This document shows positions 12,694 through 27,600 of a stretch of DNA of 64,000 nucleotides, piece after piece. The notes beneath the pieces are model-generated. The model made no database searches, was not told the DNA's origin, and saw nothing but the letters and a program-made list of their open reading frames with translations. The stretch's first letter is position 1, and every line of letters starts with the position of its first letter. The stretch is from Phoronis australis (lineage: Eukaryota > Animalia > Phoronida): contig NMRA01000383.1 of NCBI GenBank assembly GCA_002633005.1, positions 322,951-386,950 of the forward strand, written 5' to 3'. The position numbers and the translations under genes were made by a program.

Positions 12694-15600
12694 TCACGAA
12701 ATCAGCTTTCCTATTTCTTTGTGTACGTGTCTGAGATCGTCTATCACTGCATCACGCAGTCCAGTGTCCTTATGAACAGAGCTCAACAAATCCAGCTTCT
12801 CTTGAATAATGGCAACATGCTGACGACACACATCCTGGAATAAACAAAACCCAGTAAACAGCTGCCAGAGGGGTGGGGGTCATTATCGCATCCTTCAGAC
12901 AGAGTGAAAATGGTGTTGACTTCAGTCAACCAGTCATTCAATTGTATATTTAAATGGGGAAAACAATACGGTCGTCCCAGATTACGCGGCGATAGACCCG
13001 ACTCTCCTTTGTCCCGGAGATAAGAAAGCGCGTGACCTAGTTGTGGAAATCGGGCACGTTTTCGTATCTCATTGATGTTGGGAAGACAAAGAATTTCAAA
13101 TCACACATTCAAGAGTCCAGTTTATCAAACTTTCTCACGTCTGAGATACAGCACTGTAGTGACACTTTGGTGGCATTGGAAAGACGAATTGAGTAATGCA
13201 ATCGAGAAAAACATAACATTTGAGACTTCAGTGGCACTAAAATGTGGCAGCAAATGTGCCTGACACGTTTATGGAATTGTGGGTAAATACTGCGAAGTTC
13301 GAGTGTCTCTGTGTTATCCGGGATGGCCCTATTGCTGTGTTTGATGTTACCTAATACTACGCCATTGTTATCTTTGAAACATATTTTCATTTAATGAGCA
13401 CGGTGTATACATTCACTTACACTAAGAACAGAAATAAAAATAGTTCTTGAAATGCCGTTCCGTTACCGAATTTTGTTTGTTATCAATGTTCAAAGACACT
13501 GTAACCATTCAGTTTTCTAAATTGATAATCCTTCCTGCAAAAGTGGGTCAACTTAAAAAATTCATAAAAGAGTTTACAGAACACTGTATAAAGCATAGTA
13601 TGTACAAAAAGTTATTTTATTTCCGTACTATGCAAACTTTGATTTTTGTTCATAAAAATCACAAGAGTCCTGTTTTTGATAGCCCCCGTTGCAAAGGGCG
13701 TGCTTTTAAAAACAATTCCTACCAGCATTTTAGAGAACAGTGTGAATAACATAGTGCCTGAAAGTATCATCCGACCGGCCATTTCCGAGATATGATGTCC
13801 CAAAATTTGCCTGATTCGCACGTTTTTCTAGGCTCCTCAATCATATGAATCCGACCGGCCATTTCTAAGACACGATGTCCCAAAATGTGCCCAATTGGGA
13901 CATTATTCTAGGCTTCTACATACTCTTACGCCACTATTCTACTGTTGCCATGGACGAGTGAGCAATATTTGACTGTGAAAAACAAACATGAGACAACCAG
14001 GGATTTATATTTTCCTAAAAGTAACACAAAAAATTACTTTTCTCCCATCAAGAGGCTTTAAAAGACACAACAGCAGACAAACAGGGATCAGGGTGCAAAA
14101 ATGCTAAAAATTTCATCGTGAATTTGTTGATGGCCATTATACAAAGCGTACAAATAATGAAGTGATTTAATTAGTTTTCTTGAAAATTTTTATGACATAA
14201 TATTTCACTCTTTGGCCACAATGTGCTCCAAATTAAAGATACTTCACTGTATTTCATCTTGTAACACAACAGAACATTGAAGTTTGAAAACAAAACCCGC
14301 TTACGGCGTTTTCCTCTGCTGATCCTCGTTTCAGTCGCTTACTATTGGGTCCATTGGTTGTAGTTTTCTGTTCTAGTCTAGCACACAAGTCCTGTAGTAA
14401 CTTGCTTTGAACATCGATGAACTCGCGCCCATTTACAGAATCCCCCAAATGAGGAGTCTACAAGGAACAACACAGCCATCAGTGAATATAAAGACAGGAA
14501 AACTTTGTAAAAAAGACGCACTCGTGAGATACTTATGACCAGAAATCTTGTCTTTTTAACCGGAAACTGTGAATTTTCTCCTCTCCAACGTTGGTGACCA
14601 ATCGTTTCAGTGGCAACCATTTTGCTAGCGTTAACACAAGAGTTGTAAGCTAACAGCAAATGCACTAAATTCACAATTAATTAATTAATTAATGCACTAA
14701 ATTCCCAATTAATCAATAAATGCACTAAATTCACAATTAATTTTCGCATTTGCTGGTTTTTCATATTTGCTGGATTAAAACAACTTTTAATGAAATGCAA
14801 AATTCTAAATTTGGAAAAAAATGTTACCTCAAACGTATTAAGTGAACTTCTGGCATCAGTTTTCTTTTTTAATGTTAATACTCAAAATGATTTTTGATAA
14901 TTTTTAATAATTAAAGTAACACTCACTGGAAAATCCCAACATTGAGAAATACATGTCAAAATCAAATCTATCAAACAGGACTTGCTGATTCCGATTAAAT
15001 CAGAGAAATTTTGGAAAGTTGTTCATTGATGACAATAGAGGTAAACTTAGTGGTAACGAAACATTCAAAACACGTTTTTAAGTGCTATGTGACCTAGTTT
15101 TGATTTAGATTTTCCTACAGTTGAACGGAAGCGCATGTTTTTTCATGCATTAAAAAAGAAATTTGCTGTTAAGACTGACAGGCACTCAGTTACTAACTTC
15201 TAACACTAAGAAAGATCTTGCGTGATGCTGATTTCTCAAGTGGGTTCTACCCTTGACCTACTTTTCTACAAAAAGACAAAGTTTGTTGAACAAACAACCC
15301 TTCGTAACGTATTCATGCAACCCTCTCTCAGTTTATTTTTGCTTGTATATGAGACAAGAACCGTCGAAAAACGTAGTTGCTCTTTTAATCACAAGTGTTC
15401 TTATGTCTCTTGGCTGTCTGCCTTATTGTTGCACCGTGAATGACCAGCAGCGATACAGAGAGCTAAAGCAAACATTATAGAAAATTAGTCATCATGAACA
15501 TTGTTATGCGTTCAACAAATTTTGTCTTCAGCAGAGGCTGCTGCCAATTACTAAAAGAAGAAATAATTCTAAAATTGAAGTCTGACCCACTTTGTTCAAA

Positions 15601-18600
15601 AACTGCACCACTTTTGGCTCGGCCCTTGAGTTCAGCTGGAGGCTTTCGCCGACAACGTTTTCGTAATCCGTGGAGGCCGCAAACTCTGTGAACGCCTCCA
15701 GAGCCACCTGGTGTCCAATAGGATGATTACTGTCCATCATGAAGCTAAATAGCTGCGGCAGTATTGGCAGTACCTGAGAAATAACATAAACCATGCCAGT
15801 AATCGCTATTCTACTGCCACCTGGTGGTACATGGAGGTACTTAACAGTGACTTGGAGACATGTCTGTTAGTTCAATAGACATCGGCAGCCGAGCCAAGTA
15901 GTAGGGACCTCACTCAGCCACAAAGGCACGCAGCGACCAAGGGAAACGAAGTGACATTGCCATTGCTGCAATACTCATATAGTGGCCAAGTGAACACCAT
16001 ATTCGAGCCTATGAGCAAGTGAGAGTATACAATACCACCATTTTCCTAGTTATGAATTTCAGAATGACTTAGCCACCTTACTAACTTTCCTGTTAATTCC
16101 CCAAGAATATCGGTCATCAGGGGAGATTACTCTGATGATGAAGTTGTCTTCTGCTCAGCCATCATACAGGAAATTCATTTTATCTGAATACTAAATAAGC
16201 TTGCGCTGCGAAACGTTCTTCAAACATTTGTGATGCATTAATTGGTTTTGTACAGAATGATGTCATTACAAAAGAGTTAAAAGCAAGCTAGGAGAAGGAC
16301 AATGGAGGGTGGACACTTTAAAAACTTCTACAGTAGAATCTACAACACAGTAACGGCGAATCAAATATCAGTGACATAAAAATTTCGAATTACGTTACAG
16401 TCAATGTTTAAATCTAAGTTTTTTAAATAAATTGTGTTCCAGAACGAGTATCACGCCTTGAGAGAGGAAATCAACACATTTTGCAAGCACTCTTTCCACA
16501 GTGGAGAATGTCTGCCAAAATGAATCTCGTGTATCCTTGTGGAAATGTTGATAACTAGACTTATATAAATTGCTTAGTAAGTGTTATCCTTCAACAGATG
16601 GGGGGCATATTGTTATCGGTCCCAACCCAACGGACACCTGCGTTGTCTCAAGTGTTTGGAACAAACCTCTGACGAGGGGTCAAGCTCGTGATCAGCAAAT
16701 GACTTGAGCAACTTGCACACTTCTATTGCCAAAGTTGGTTGCCTCAAAATGCCCGTGGTCAACTGTGTCAAAAGCCAGGTACAAATCTAAAAACAAAGTA
16801 ACGCTAAATTTAATACAAATTTAATCGTTGCTAAGAGAGTTCAGATAAAACAAATAAGAATTTCAAACAAATACTTCAGCATTTCACACCATTTTAGAAT
16901 TTGCATGCATTCCAGAATGTCTACAAACAAAATAATTACTAAACTTACAATACATGTATCTTGAGTTACAGAAGCAAGTCCACATGCCCCTCGAAGACAT
17001 TGAATTTGCTAAAAAACCTAGACTTTACTTATTTACACTGTTTTAGAACTGGTCCTAACTTTATATTTAGGCATATTAGGAATGATTCCCAAGATAGGGG
17101 AGAAGAGCAGATTGCTTTTGATTGAGACTTTGCTAAAAACCGGACTTGACCCAGCTGGTCATGTCATGTGACGTGGTCTCCACCAATAACAAACTGCCAG
17201 TTCTTCCCACCGGATACAACATGCAGCAAATAAGACAGATGGCGAACAACAGGATTCGATGGCGTTCAGTCACAGAGGCCCTATCTACCACGGGGTGACG
17301 AGGGTTTTAAGTCAAGTAAGTCAGAGTTCTTCCCAAGTCCAAAACACTTCTAATCTGAATAAAAAGCAAGTTGAAGCCGTTTTTACTACCATAACAAAAG
17401 GTAACTTTTTTGACAAACCCTTGGAATAGAGCACCTATAAAGCAAATTTCCTTTGCTAGCATAAACCAGTGGGTAGGTGGTCTGATGTCTTTTGCGGTGC
17501 ATCAGATGTGCACAGGCCTGAGCAAAAACTCACGACAGCCCTGTTGTTTGCTACATTGGCATATTATTGTTTGTAGTCTAGGCTATGACTCATGCACTAG
17601 GCTATGACTCATGCACTGTGTGTTGGATATCAACTGAAGGCACACAAAACTAGCATTCTCAGTAATTGCCTTTTGTCAGTTCATGTTTTAAGTGGCATAA
17701 CTCACTTAATCGTAATGCAAGGAAATGGGAATATCGACTCTGCTGCACTTGGCTGGGAATTGAGAATCCCTTGACACCATGTAAAACAATGTAAAGCTTT
17801 GGCTACCTAGGTTTCAGGGAAATTACTTTAATAAAGAACAAATTTTTGTTACACCATGTTATACAAATAAGTTTGTATTGAGTAGGGGTCTGAATAGAAC
17901 ACCATCGTAAACGGTTCTTGTTTGCAGTTGTTGGAATTAAATAGTGATTATCGTGTTGATCTTGACAAAAGCAATCCAATAAGCCACTTCATTACATTTC
18001 ATAATTGGCAACTGATGACTCTGTTGGACTCAAAGCGCTGCTCTTAACGTACTGTAGGAACCCAAATTTACAGGACTGGTGATACCGTTCAAAATAGGCT
18101 TCATGATAATTTTCCAGGTTACGTACAACATAGGGAAAGTTTTTATTGATGTATTGCAATAAATAGTTTGACTTTTTCATTTTCAGGTTCTAGAGAGCAA
18201 ATTTGAAATATGGCTCCACCTAGACTTCAGTGAAGAGAGTAAGGTGGATGGGAAAAGCCCAAAACAGATACACTCTGAAAGCTGATGTATAACCGAACAC
18301 AAACATTTAAGAGGAAAATTTGAAAAATGATCAAAAAATTTTGATAGTATAACCACTTCTGGAGTTAAAGTATGATTCAAAAGTTGAGGATGAAGCTCTT
18401 TCTGTACATTTTTAATGATTGTATTAATCGGAAATTTAAAATATACCTGCAACACAGTCCGTGAAGGTAATTCCTTGATCACTCTTCCAGACAGTCTGAT
18501 AATAGGTGGCACCACCGAACAAACTAGCTGAGAACTGCAGTTCTTAGTGTCTAAACATTCCCAGAGGTGGCAGCACACATCCGCCAGTCTGGACATTTGG

Positions 18601-21600
18601 TTTGGGGTTATACATGGAGCAGCGGCAAAGTTCGCCAGGATATCGATATGGGAGATCTGTGGGAGAATGAGACGGATAAACGGGTCAAGTAGAATCTTCC
18701 AAAAGCAAAAAGTAAGGAACAACTGTTAAAAATCTTTTTTTGAGTATGATGTTACTGAACAAAGGCCAGGTTTGTAAAAAGTCTTACTTCCTGGATTACA
18801 TACAGGGGAGTTAACAGAACTATTACTGGAACATATACCTGAGAGAATCATGCAATAAACAAATGCAATGTGCTCTACAAGGTATATTATTGCTACCATA
18901 TTGTTGACTTTCATACCTGTACGGTTAGCTGCTTATTATGTGACCTACGCACATATAGAAAAAATTCCACCAAGAGTTCAGCAATTAGAAAGTTTTCAAA
19001 CTACATGCACATATGGGAAAATTTAACAAGAAATGCCATGGATCACATTTTTTTTTGGCTTACGTAACGGAAACCCAAACACACGTTCTACACGACTGCT
19101 TTCAGCAAGCAAATGACAAAATGACTTCAATGAGGGGGGAAAGGGGGTCCCATTGCTGGTTCCCAGTCCCCCCCCCAAATTCCAGGAATAAAATTTGTTT
19201 CCCAATAAATATCTATTCCCGAAACACAGCATTTTTCGTCTGCATTTTCCAGAATCACGACCACAAAAAGGGCCCCAATCACAATTCCCGAAAAAAACCC
19301 TTTCCGCCTCTTCAATCCTCAGCAGTTATAAACAAGCTGTAGGTTCCTACATACATGTTAATCCTGTCTGTCTGGGAACTATAGTCATTGACAAGAAGAG
19401 GGAAACCCAGCCTACCATCTTCTCCCAGTCTGTGTACTTGTCAACACATCATACAGTAACTCGGCCTACAAATTACTATGTCGGAGAAGAGGGGAAAACC
19501 CGACCTACATATTACTCACCATTTCTGAGAAGAGGGGAAACCCTGACCAACATATTACTCACCATGGCTGTCCAGCCAGTGCAGGAGGTCAATGCATGCG
19601 TCACCCTGTCCACAGACAGAGAACATACTTGGTTGAGAGATCTCATCAATACCTCTTCACAGAGATAGTTGACAGGTAATTGGGACCACAGTAGGCAGTT
19701 AGTAGTCAAAGGGTGAGTCTCAAGCAGTGTAACCTGAAAGTAATGAACATACAAAGTGTTACAGGGTGGGTCTCAAGCAGGATGTCTACAGAGTGGTGAG
19801 ATCATCAAGGGTTACAGGGTGGGTCCCAAGATCTGGATGCAACTTGAGGTTAAACTTTAAAATTGACCAATTACAAGTTACAATTCGAGTAAACTAAATA
19901 TCAAGCCATGTGATTGGTCAATTTGCGAGCCAAGACTGCAAACTTTAAAGTAATAGGTTTAGCACAGAAAGTAAGTTTCACACAATGGCCGTCAGGAGGA
20001 TATCCTTTATGAATATCATTTTCACTTAAAGCACATTACTAAGTTATGGTGACATGGCTTCAAAGTAAAAATATTTGAAAATCTAGAAAATTAAAGAAAC
20101 AATAAACACAAAACCATACTTCACACGAAAGAAAACATTCCAGTGGATTAAGAACTGCTTACCAATACTTAAACAAACAGGAAATGCTCGGATATCTAGA
20201 GGATGTCTGAGGGATGGCACTGCACAGCTGACATAACGCGATCAGCTACCCTGTTAATCTTGTGACATTGGAGCGTTGTAAATTTTAGGCCGTTATAAAC
20301 CAGCATTCCGTCGAAGAAAAAAATTTTTGATATAGACCAAACGTAATAATAAAATTCCTCTCTATTTGATCCTTACTGAGACCAGAAATTACAGGGCTTG
20401 AATTGAAGAGAACGGAAAATTCATTATTCCTTGAGACCGCGTCTGGCATATAAAATGACACGCTATGACAAGACAACTTGTAAAACCTAGTCTTAAGCAA
20501 CATCAAACTGATAAAATCTCCAATTTGACTGAGGAACAACTTGAGACCAACTTCGAAACAGGAAGTGGTATATCAAAAGTTGTTTTTGTGGGCTGGTGAA
20601 AAGCTGCTTTCACACTCCCCAATTTAAATTTCACCGCATTCTTTCGCAAATTAAGACCACTCTGATAGACCTCGCTGTATACAAGCAAAAAAACCATATT
20701 GTGTTGCTCAAGCGGGATACACAATAGAGGTTGGGACATATCAACAGCAGTTGCAATGTGCCTCTGTTGGAGTTATTAACTAATTTTTGTCCTTCAAACA
20801 AGGAAAAGTTTGATTTCCAATGACAGATTTAGTTTTTATAGTCAGCCATGTCTAATGTTGTAGAAAGAATATTCCCATGAACAGACAATAGTTATGACCA
20901 ACACCCATCTCTGTTCCTCAATCCACAAACAAAAAGAAACTGATCATCAAAAAACAGGTGCTGAGGTAAGTGGTTCTTGTAATCTCAATTGCTAAGAGGC
21001 ATTCATAGTAAGTTGTTGCTACTTGAGAAATAAAACAGAGTGCCTTATGAGACCTCATACACAAAATACAGCACAAAACAAAATTAAGTGATTAAAGTTT
21101 CTTAACCTGTTGCTGCGGAGACAAGAATTTGATGAGCCTTCGTATAAGGATGACCAGGTGACTGGACCAACGGTTCACAGCATCAGGCAAGCTTCTCAAC
21201 AAGGAGCATAGGAAACAACAGTGGATCCAAACCATCTCAGCTGTACTATACCTGTAGGCAAGCAGAAATAGGGTGACTAGAGGAGCACAACATATAGCTG
21301 CTTAAGGCTATGTTTAAGTCCTCAGAAATGTCCTAATTCGGCTAATTTACGAACATCGCATCTCTGAAATGCGTGATCAGATTCATTAAGTACAAGTTCA
21401 AAGAAAACAGACAACCCGTTATTCCGCATCATGGCGGCCAAGCGCAAATGGAATTTTATGCCATGACGGTGGACATTATTGACCGTCCTAGTAGCCATCT
21501 GTCTTGACGCGCAATACAAATTAGGTGGAAAAGTTATCTGCTATTCTTACAGTTTCGATCTAATCAATCATTAACGTCATTAAAAGAAATTAAGCAATGC

Positions 21601-24600
21601 GACACGTGCACACAAGTAATTCACTGTAATGGGTCACGTGCACACAAGTAATTCACTGTAATGGGTCACGTGCACACAAGTAATTCACTGTAATGGGTCA
21701 CGTGCACACAAGTAATTCACTGTAATGGGTCACGTGCACACAAGTAATTCACTGTAATGCGACACGTGCACACAAGTAATTCACTGTAATGGGTCACGTG
21801 CACACAAGTAATTCACTGTAATAGGTCACTCCTTACTACACTACTATACGTGAGTTGTCATTTTTATCCAAAGTTGCCTTAGAATAAAACTATCTGATAA
21901 ATGTACATGCACTTACAGTTTAAAAATGAATTTAGGCTGAATTTCGCATCGTTCCCAGTACTGAGGTACGTTCCATTGTTCATAACACTGTTCCATTGTT
22001 CATAACACTGTTCCATTGTTCATAACACTGTTACATAATTGTTCATAGCATTGTTCCATATTGTTCATAACATCAGCACAACGACCTAGACCAACAGCGT
22101 CATTTTTCAAGGTCCGAAACATTACCTCGTTTTATTTTCATGTGCTAGGAACAACGGCAATTTCATGGTTTTATTGATCTCCGCGGGCTTTGCTTTTGAC
22201 GTTTTACCTGGCCAGGAAGCACCACAAATCAACAGCAAGAATGAGCCGCAGGGGATGGAAGGATAGCACATTGTGTAGGAGACAGCATTCCTGCAAAAAA
22301 TATGTAACGTCATAAGAGTTCAGCCACAGGGTAAAATGCGTCTTAACCAAAAGGAAATGAAAAGGTTAAAATTTGTTAAAAAACCATCGATGTATAATTA
22401 AAAGCAAGTATCATAACTTCTCACCCATTTAGGGCACAACAAGGCTGACAAGTGAAATTTAATTATTATTGAAATATCAACCCCTATGGATTCTTAATGG
22501 GCCAGCCTGGAATGAATGCCGCCAAAACTGAAAATGTTTAGCAACAGGCTTACAATTTACAATCTAGTCACTGATTTTCAATTCGATAGAGTGCAAAGAT
22601 ATAGCTGACCATATTTTTGCTATGTCAGACCATGAAAGAGTGTGCATTTCCAAGGACAGACTGCAAATGTTTTAACTAAAAACAAATTGTTCAAAGTAAA
22701 TAATGATCAATTGATAATCCAGGCTATTCATATATTAAGCATTTATGGGTAAATACAAGTTTTATTAAGTTAGTGTGCATGACTCAAAGATGGCGTGTGG
22801 AATATGTTGATATGGTTACATTAAGCAGTAAGTGATATTATGGAGTACGCATACTGTTTCTGGAGTGATAGGCCAGCAAAGTGATATTATGGAGTACACA
22901 TACTGTTTCTGGAGTGATAGGCCAGCAATGAAAGTGATATTATGGAGTATGCTTACTGTTTCTGGAGTGATAGGCCAGCAAAGTGATATTATGGAGTACA
23001 CATACTGTTTCTGGAGTGATAGGCCAGCAAAGTGATATTATGGAGTATGCATACTGTTTCTGGAGTGATAGGCCAGAAAAGTCAAGGTACAATGTTATGA
23101 AACATCATTGCAGGGATATCAAATATCAATATGAGGCATCTATACAATCCAATTAAATGGAGTCTGAGGTGTTGAGAAACCAGATAAAGTTCAAAGGATA
23201 AATTCCCAGGTTACAGCATCAGATATACGTCCATCATATAAGAGATCAAAGTTCATCTTCCAAGTAATTAATGCTTTGTACACTATGAGCAAAAACAAAT
23301 ATACCAGTCAATGATGTCCTTCTACGTCAGTACAGGAAAACAAAGGATTAGTCCTAACATACAGCATTCTTATTCTAATTTACACATTAAGTATTTTTGA
23401 AAATTAATTAAACTTGAGTGTGATCCCATGACTGGCTTCAAGTGATTGGTGGCAGCTTCATCCACTACCATTCTGACATGCAACTTTCTCCTCAGTGAAG
23501 ATTTAGTTGAGTTTTGATACACAATCAAACCAACACCAGGAAAACAGTCACTTACAAGGGTCCAGGATTTTGAGAAAACAGTCACTTACAAGGGTCCAGG
23601 ATTTTGAGAAAACAGTCACAACGGTCCAGGATTTTGGGAAAACAGTCACTTACAAGGGTCCAGGATTTTGGGAAAACAGTCACTTACAAGGGTCCAGGAT
23701 TTTGGGAAAACAGTCACTTACAAGGGTCCAGGATTTTGAGAAAACGGTCACTTACAAGGGTCCAGGATTTTGAGAAAACGGTCACTTACAAGGGTCCAGG
23801 ATTTTGAGAAAACAGTCACTTACAAGGGTCCAGGATTTTGAGAAAACAGTCACTTACAAGGGTCCAGGATTTTGAGAACCAGTCACCCGTGATTTAGAAT
23901 GAAAACTGACTCTCAAAATGTGTAGTGACTGCTACTACCACCACAACTAATAGCTGCCAAACTATCGTAAACGTTTTTCGATCAACCAGTAATGCTTTTG
24001 AATATTTATCTACACCTGTATATGATATCACAGCAGGGTCCAGGAGTCCACTATAGATAGTACTCTGCCCCAGTCATGAAGATGGTCACTAAACTAGCGT
24101 TACTCTTGAGTCTGTCACTGGCAGCCTCAATGCGACAGTCATGCATTCTAGAAACGGGCGACTGCTCATATAATTTGCAGCTGGCTCCACCTGGTGGCTG
24201 CAGTGGAATAGAAGAGACGCAGTACCGAGACATACTAGAGAGGCTGAATGCTTTAGAGGAGGGTCACAATACCACACAGAGGGCAATTACCCAGAAGGCC
24301 TATGACAAACTGCTGGCGGAACTGGGGCGCATTAATGCGATGAACATCAAAAATAAAAAGCAAATTGCAACACTAGAGGACGATCTCCGCAAGAAAGATG
24401 TCGAGCTGAAAAATGTGACTTCGGCAAAAAATGCACAGACCACGGCACTGGAGAAACAGAATAGAGACCTAAACAAAAATCTGATGAACTGCTTGTAGGG
24501 AGAAAAGAAACTGAAACAAGAAAACAATGCCTTGGTTAGGGCTGTCAAAAGTCTTGGTAAGAAAATCTAAGGCAAACCTTTTCAAAGCTCTCCCTTAACG

Positions 24601-27600
24601 TATCTGTGTTACTTTACATTGCATTGGGCTATTGAGATAGGCCCAGCAGTTCTTTGGGTGACATAAAGGAACGTAGGGATGTCTGCCTTACCTAGAGAAT
24701 AGATTTGTGTTTAAAGTGGAACTTTCGGGATAATTGCTTATTTTTGTGATTGCTTGGACAAATTATTTAGAAAGATACCATATAGCGATTACGAAGTTGG
24801 TTGAAAATTGCCCAATGTTTTTAAGAACGAGTTTTGTGGCGATAATGATCCGCCGCAAATCACTGAACCGTTTCCAGTAAATTATCATGACGTGGCGCTG
24901 GGTAATAACACTGCATGATACGGACTATGTGAGCTCCTTAATGCAAAGATCAGTAAGGAAACAATAGTCTTGATAGGAAGTGTTCTGTTCAACAAAGCTG
25001 CAGTAGATACTTATGAGATGTACCAAGGGACTACAATGTTTGCTTCAATTGAGTGACTGAATGGATAGCCTCAGTTTCTAATTCCAAAGCAGTCAAAGCA
25101 CAATTCAAGCAATTGTTTATCATCCCCAGAAATGTATAACAAATTTTTTGTGGCATTGAATCTATGTCCAGTACTTTAATTGCGACCTGAACTTTGAAAT
25201 ATGCATTTTGATTTAATATGCTTCTAGCTCCAAAGACGTGTCGTGGATGGTGGGATGCGGGATATCGCACCAAAGGCGATTACATCATCGACCCAGACGG
25301 GCCAAGCGTCGGAGTAGAACCCTATGTTGTCGAATGTTCTATGTTTGCGCACACCAAAAAAGTGGCCACCATTGTACACAGCAACTCGGAGCAGAGAACA
25401 GAAGTCACACAAAAATGCGAGCCGTCACTCTGCACCAAGCATGCCATTACGTACAATGCCACGATGAGCCAAATGGTGGCACAATGCCTCCCCATACTGC
25501 CAGCAGTTCCTGAAGCACGAATGCCATGGGTCCATTGGCTTAGCCAGACATAGCCGCCATAAGGCTGCCTGGTATTCACGAGATGGAACCCAAATGAAAT
25601 ACTGGGGAGGCGCGGCGCCAGGGAGCGGGAAGTGCCAATGTGGCATGACAGATACATGCACAGGCAAGAACCTAGCGTGTAACTGTGAGGCCAACGACCT
25701 TATATGGCGCGAAGACTCGGGATATCTCACTGATAAGGCTAGCCTGCCTGTGACGCAACTGGCTTTTGGCGACTTGAAAGATGGTGTAGAAATGGCTTAC
25801 TACTTAGTGGGACCACTGATATGTTATAACTGAGCAAGAATGGAACACACGTACGCACGCACGCACACACACACTCAGGATTTACATGACTGATGGAGAA
25901 ATCGTTCAGCAAACTTTGACTACGCGCACTGTTGGACAAAGGAACCTGTTTAAAAACACGTGTAATGGAAAACACCACACCAACTCTGAACTTAAGGTTC
26001 AATGTATTTTTTGAATATTTTAATTTTGGATGACCAACAATGAAAATATGCACCGACTTTGAGAGAATTAACCACTATTTTATTCATCATATTTTGTTAA
26101 GAGGTAGCCGGGAACTATGATTTTCAAGCAGAATGGATGGCAAAACAACGCTCATCACCCACATATTGTATGAAGTGATCTGAAGTATTCACTACATGCC
26201 CAAGAGGTCTAAATTAAAACGTTATTTTTAATCAAGTTCATTGTTCAATTGAAGTACTAATAATAGGACATACATGGACCAGGCTGAATCCCAATTTAAG
26301 TCAGTTTATAAATTTATTAAGCTTTATTAAATCAGTATTGAGTACCTTACAATGACTCTTTTATTTCTAGGTTATTTAATTCACCTGTTTTGATGGTCAC
26401 GTTCAGCTATGTGACTGCACGCTCCAAATGTCCTGATTTTCTTTTCAAACGTCCTTGTTCAGTTACAACCCAATGTCTTACATATGCAGTGGGGATTTCT
26501 GGACTTAGTGAGAACCCATCTAAGGAGCTGAACTTCAGCTCCCAAAACATAATGCAAGTCTCCCAACATGGCCATGAAACATTAAACTCTTCGCATTCTG
26601 CAGACACGCACCCTCGAGCAGACTTCGTCCCAACAGGCTGAGTTCAATGATGGCAGCCGACTGCTCAAAGCCGGTTTATTACTTATGGCCATGCTGCTAA
26701 AAGTCACAAGAAGAGCCGTACCCGAGTGTTGTCAAATCAGATGCTGACTGGCAACGTCAGCTCTGGAGTTTGCGCCTTCTGCTGTCACGGAGATGGTCTG
26801 GGGAGGGGATTAATGCCCCAGCATATCCCTAATGATACTGTCCATGACAGGTGTTACAGGTAACAGCAGACATTTGTGAGTCTTGCATCAATCCCCAGAG
26901 CGTTACCCAAACTCATATGCTCAGGTTAACACCCACTTCTTGACTTCAATTGCTTTACGCTCATCCCTATACTTGACTTTCTCAAATCTAAATGCCCCGA
27001 GCGCTAACCCAGACAAATACGGTGGTTGGAATAACACAAAATCCTCACCATGGTTTTAAAGTAAACAGATGGGCAGCTTGCGATGAAAGCACTCATGTCT
27101 GTACAGACTCTCTGGTAGAAGCGATGTCCAACACTCCCACTATCAAGACACACATGTCTATTACCTACAACGATAACATCGTCATAGTAACAGTATATGA
27201 CAGAGAGCTGGCGATGTGTAGCGACTCTCTGGTACAAGAATATAACAGACAGTACAGTAAGGTTACTACTATTCAAGCAGTGGCCTATTGTTGAGAATTC
27301 ATTGGAAGATATTCAAAAACTTACAAAGACTAAAACTGTCAAAGGCGGAGTCGAACACAGTAGGATACCCATCTGACCCAGACATCCACTGGCTCCACAG
27401 GTCAGACGACTGGTCTCCTAGCAACAACAGTATAGTCAGCAGGAGAAGACATCGTGGGCAGTCTTCCCAGTCATCTGAATGGCCTAAAGTAAAACCATAA
27501 CACCTTCATTCAAGATTGGGTCACGGTTCATGACTTTGAAAATCAATCAACCATTCTTAGACAATTAAGATATAAAGTTCAATGTAAACGGTGAGAATTC

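Noticed and set aside
21602-23886. Short direct-repeat arrays as possible CRISPR
   Set aside because: Units are head-to-tail with no unique spacers, the context is a eukaryotic intron, and there are no cas genes.
24496-24498. Programmed readthrough or recoding of the in-frame TAG
   Set aside because: No recognised readthrough context, and an independent downstream frameshift makes pseudogenisation or sequence error simpler.
26740-26775. Minus-strand peptide TPELTLPVSI resembling human FIRRM ELSLPVHL
   Set aside because: Followed immediately by a stop, out of collinear order, and the flanking exons already join in phase.
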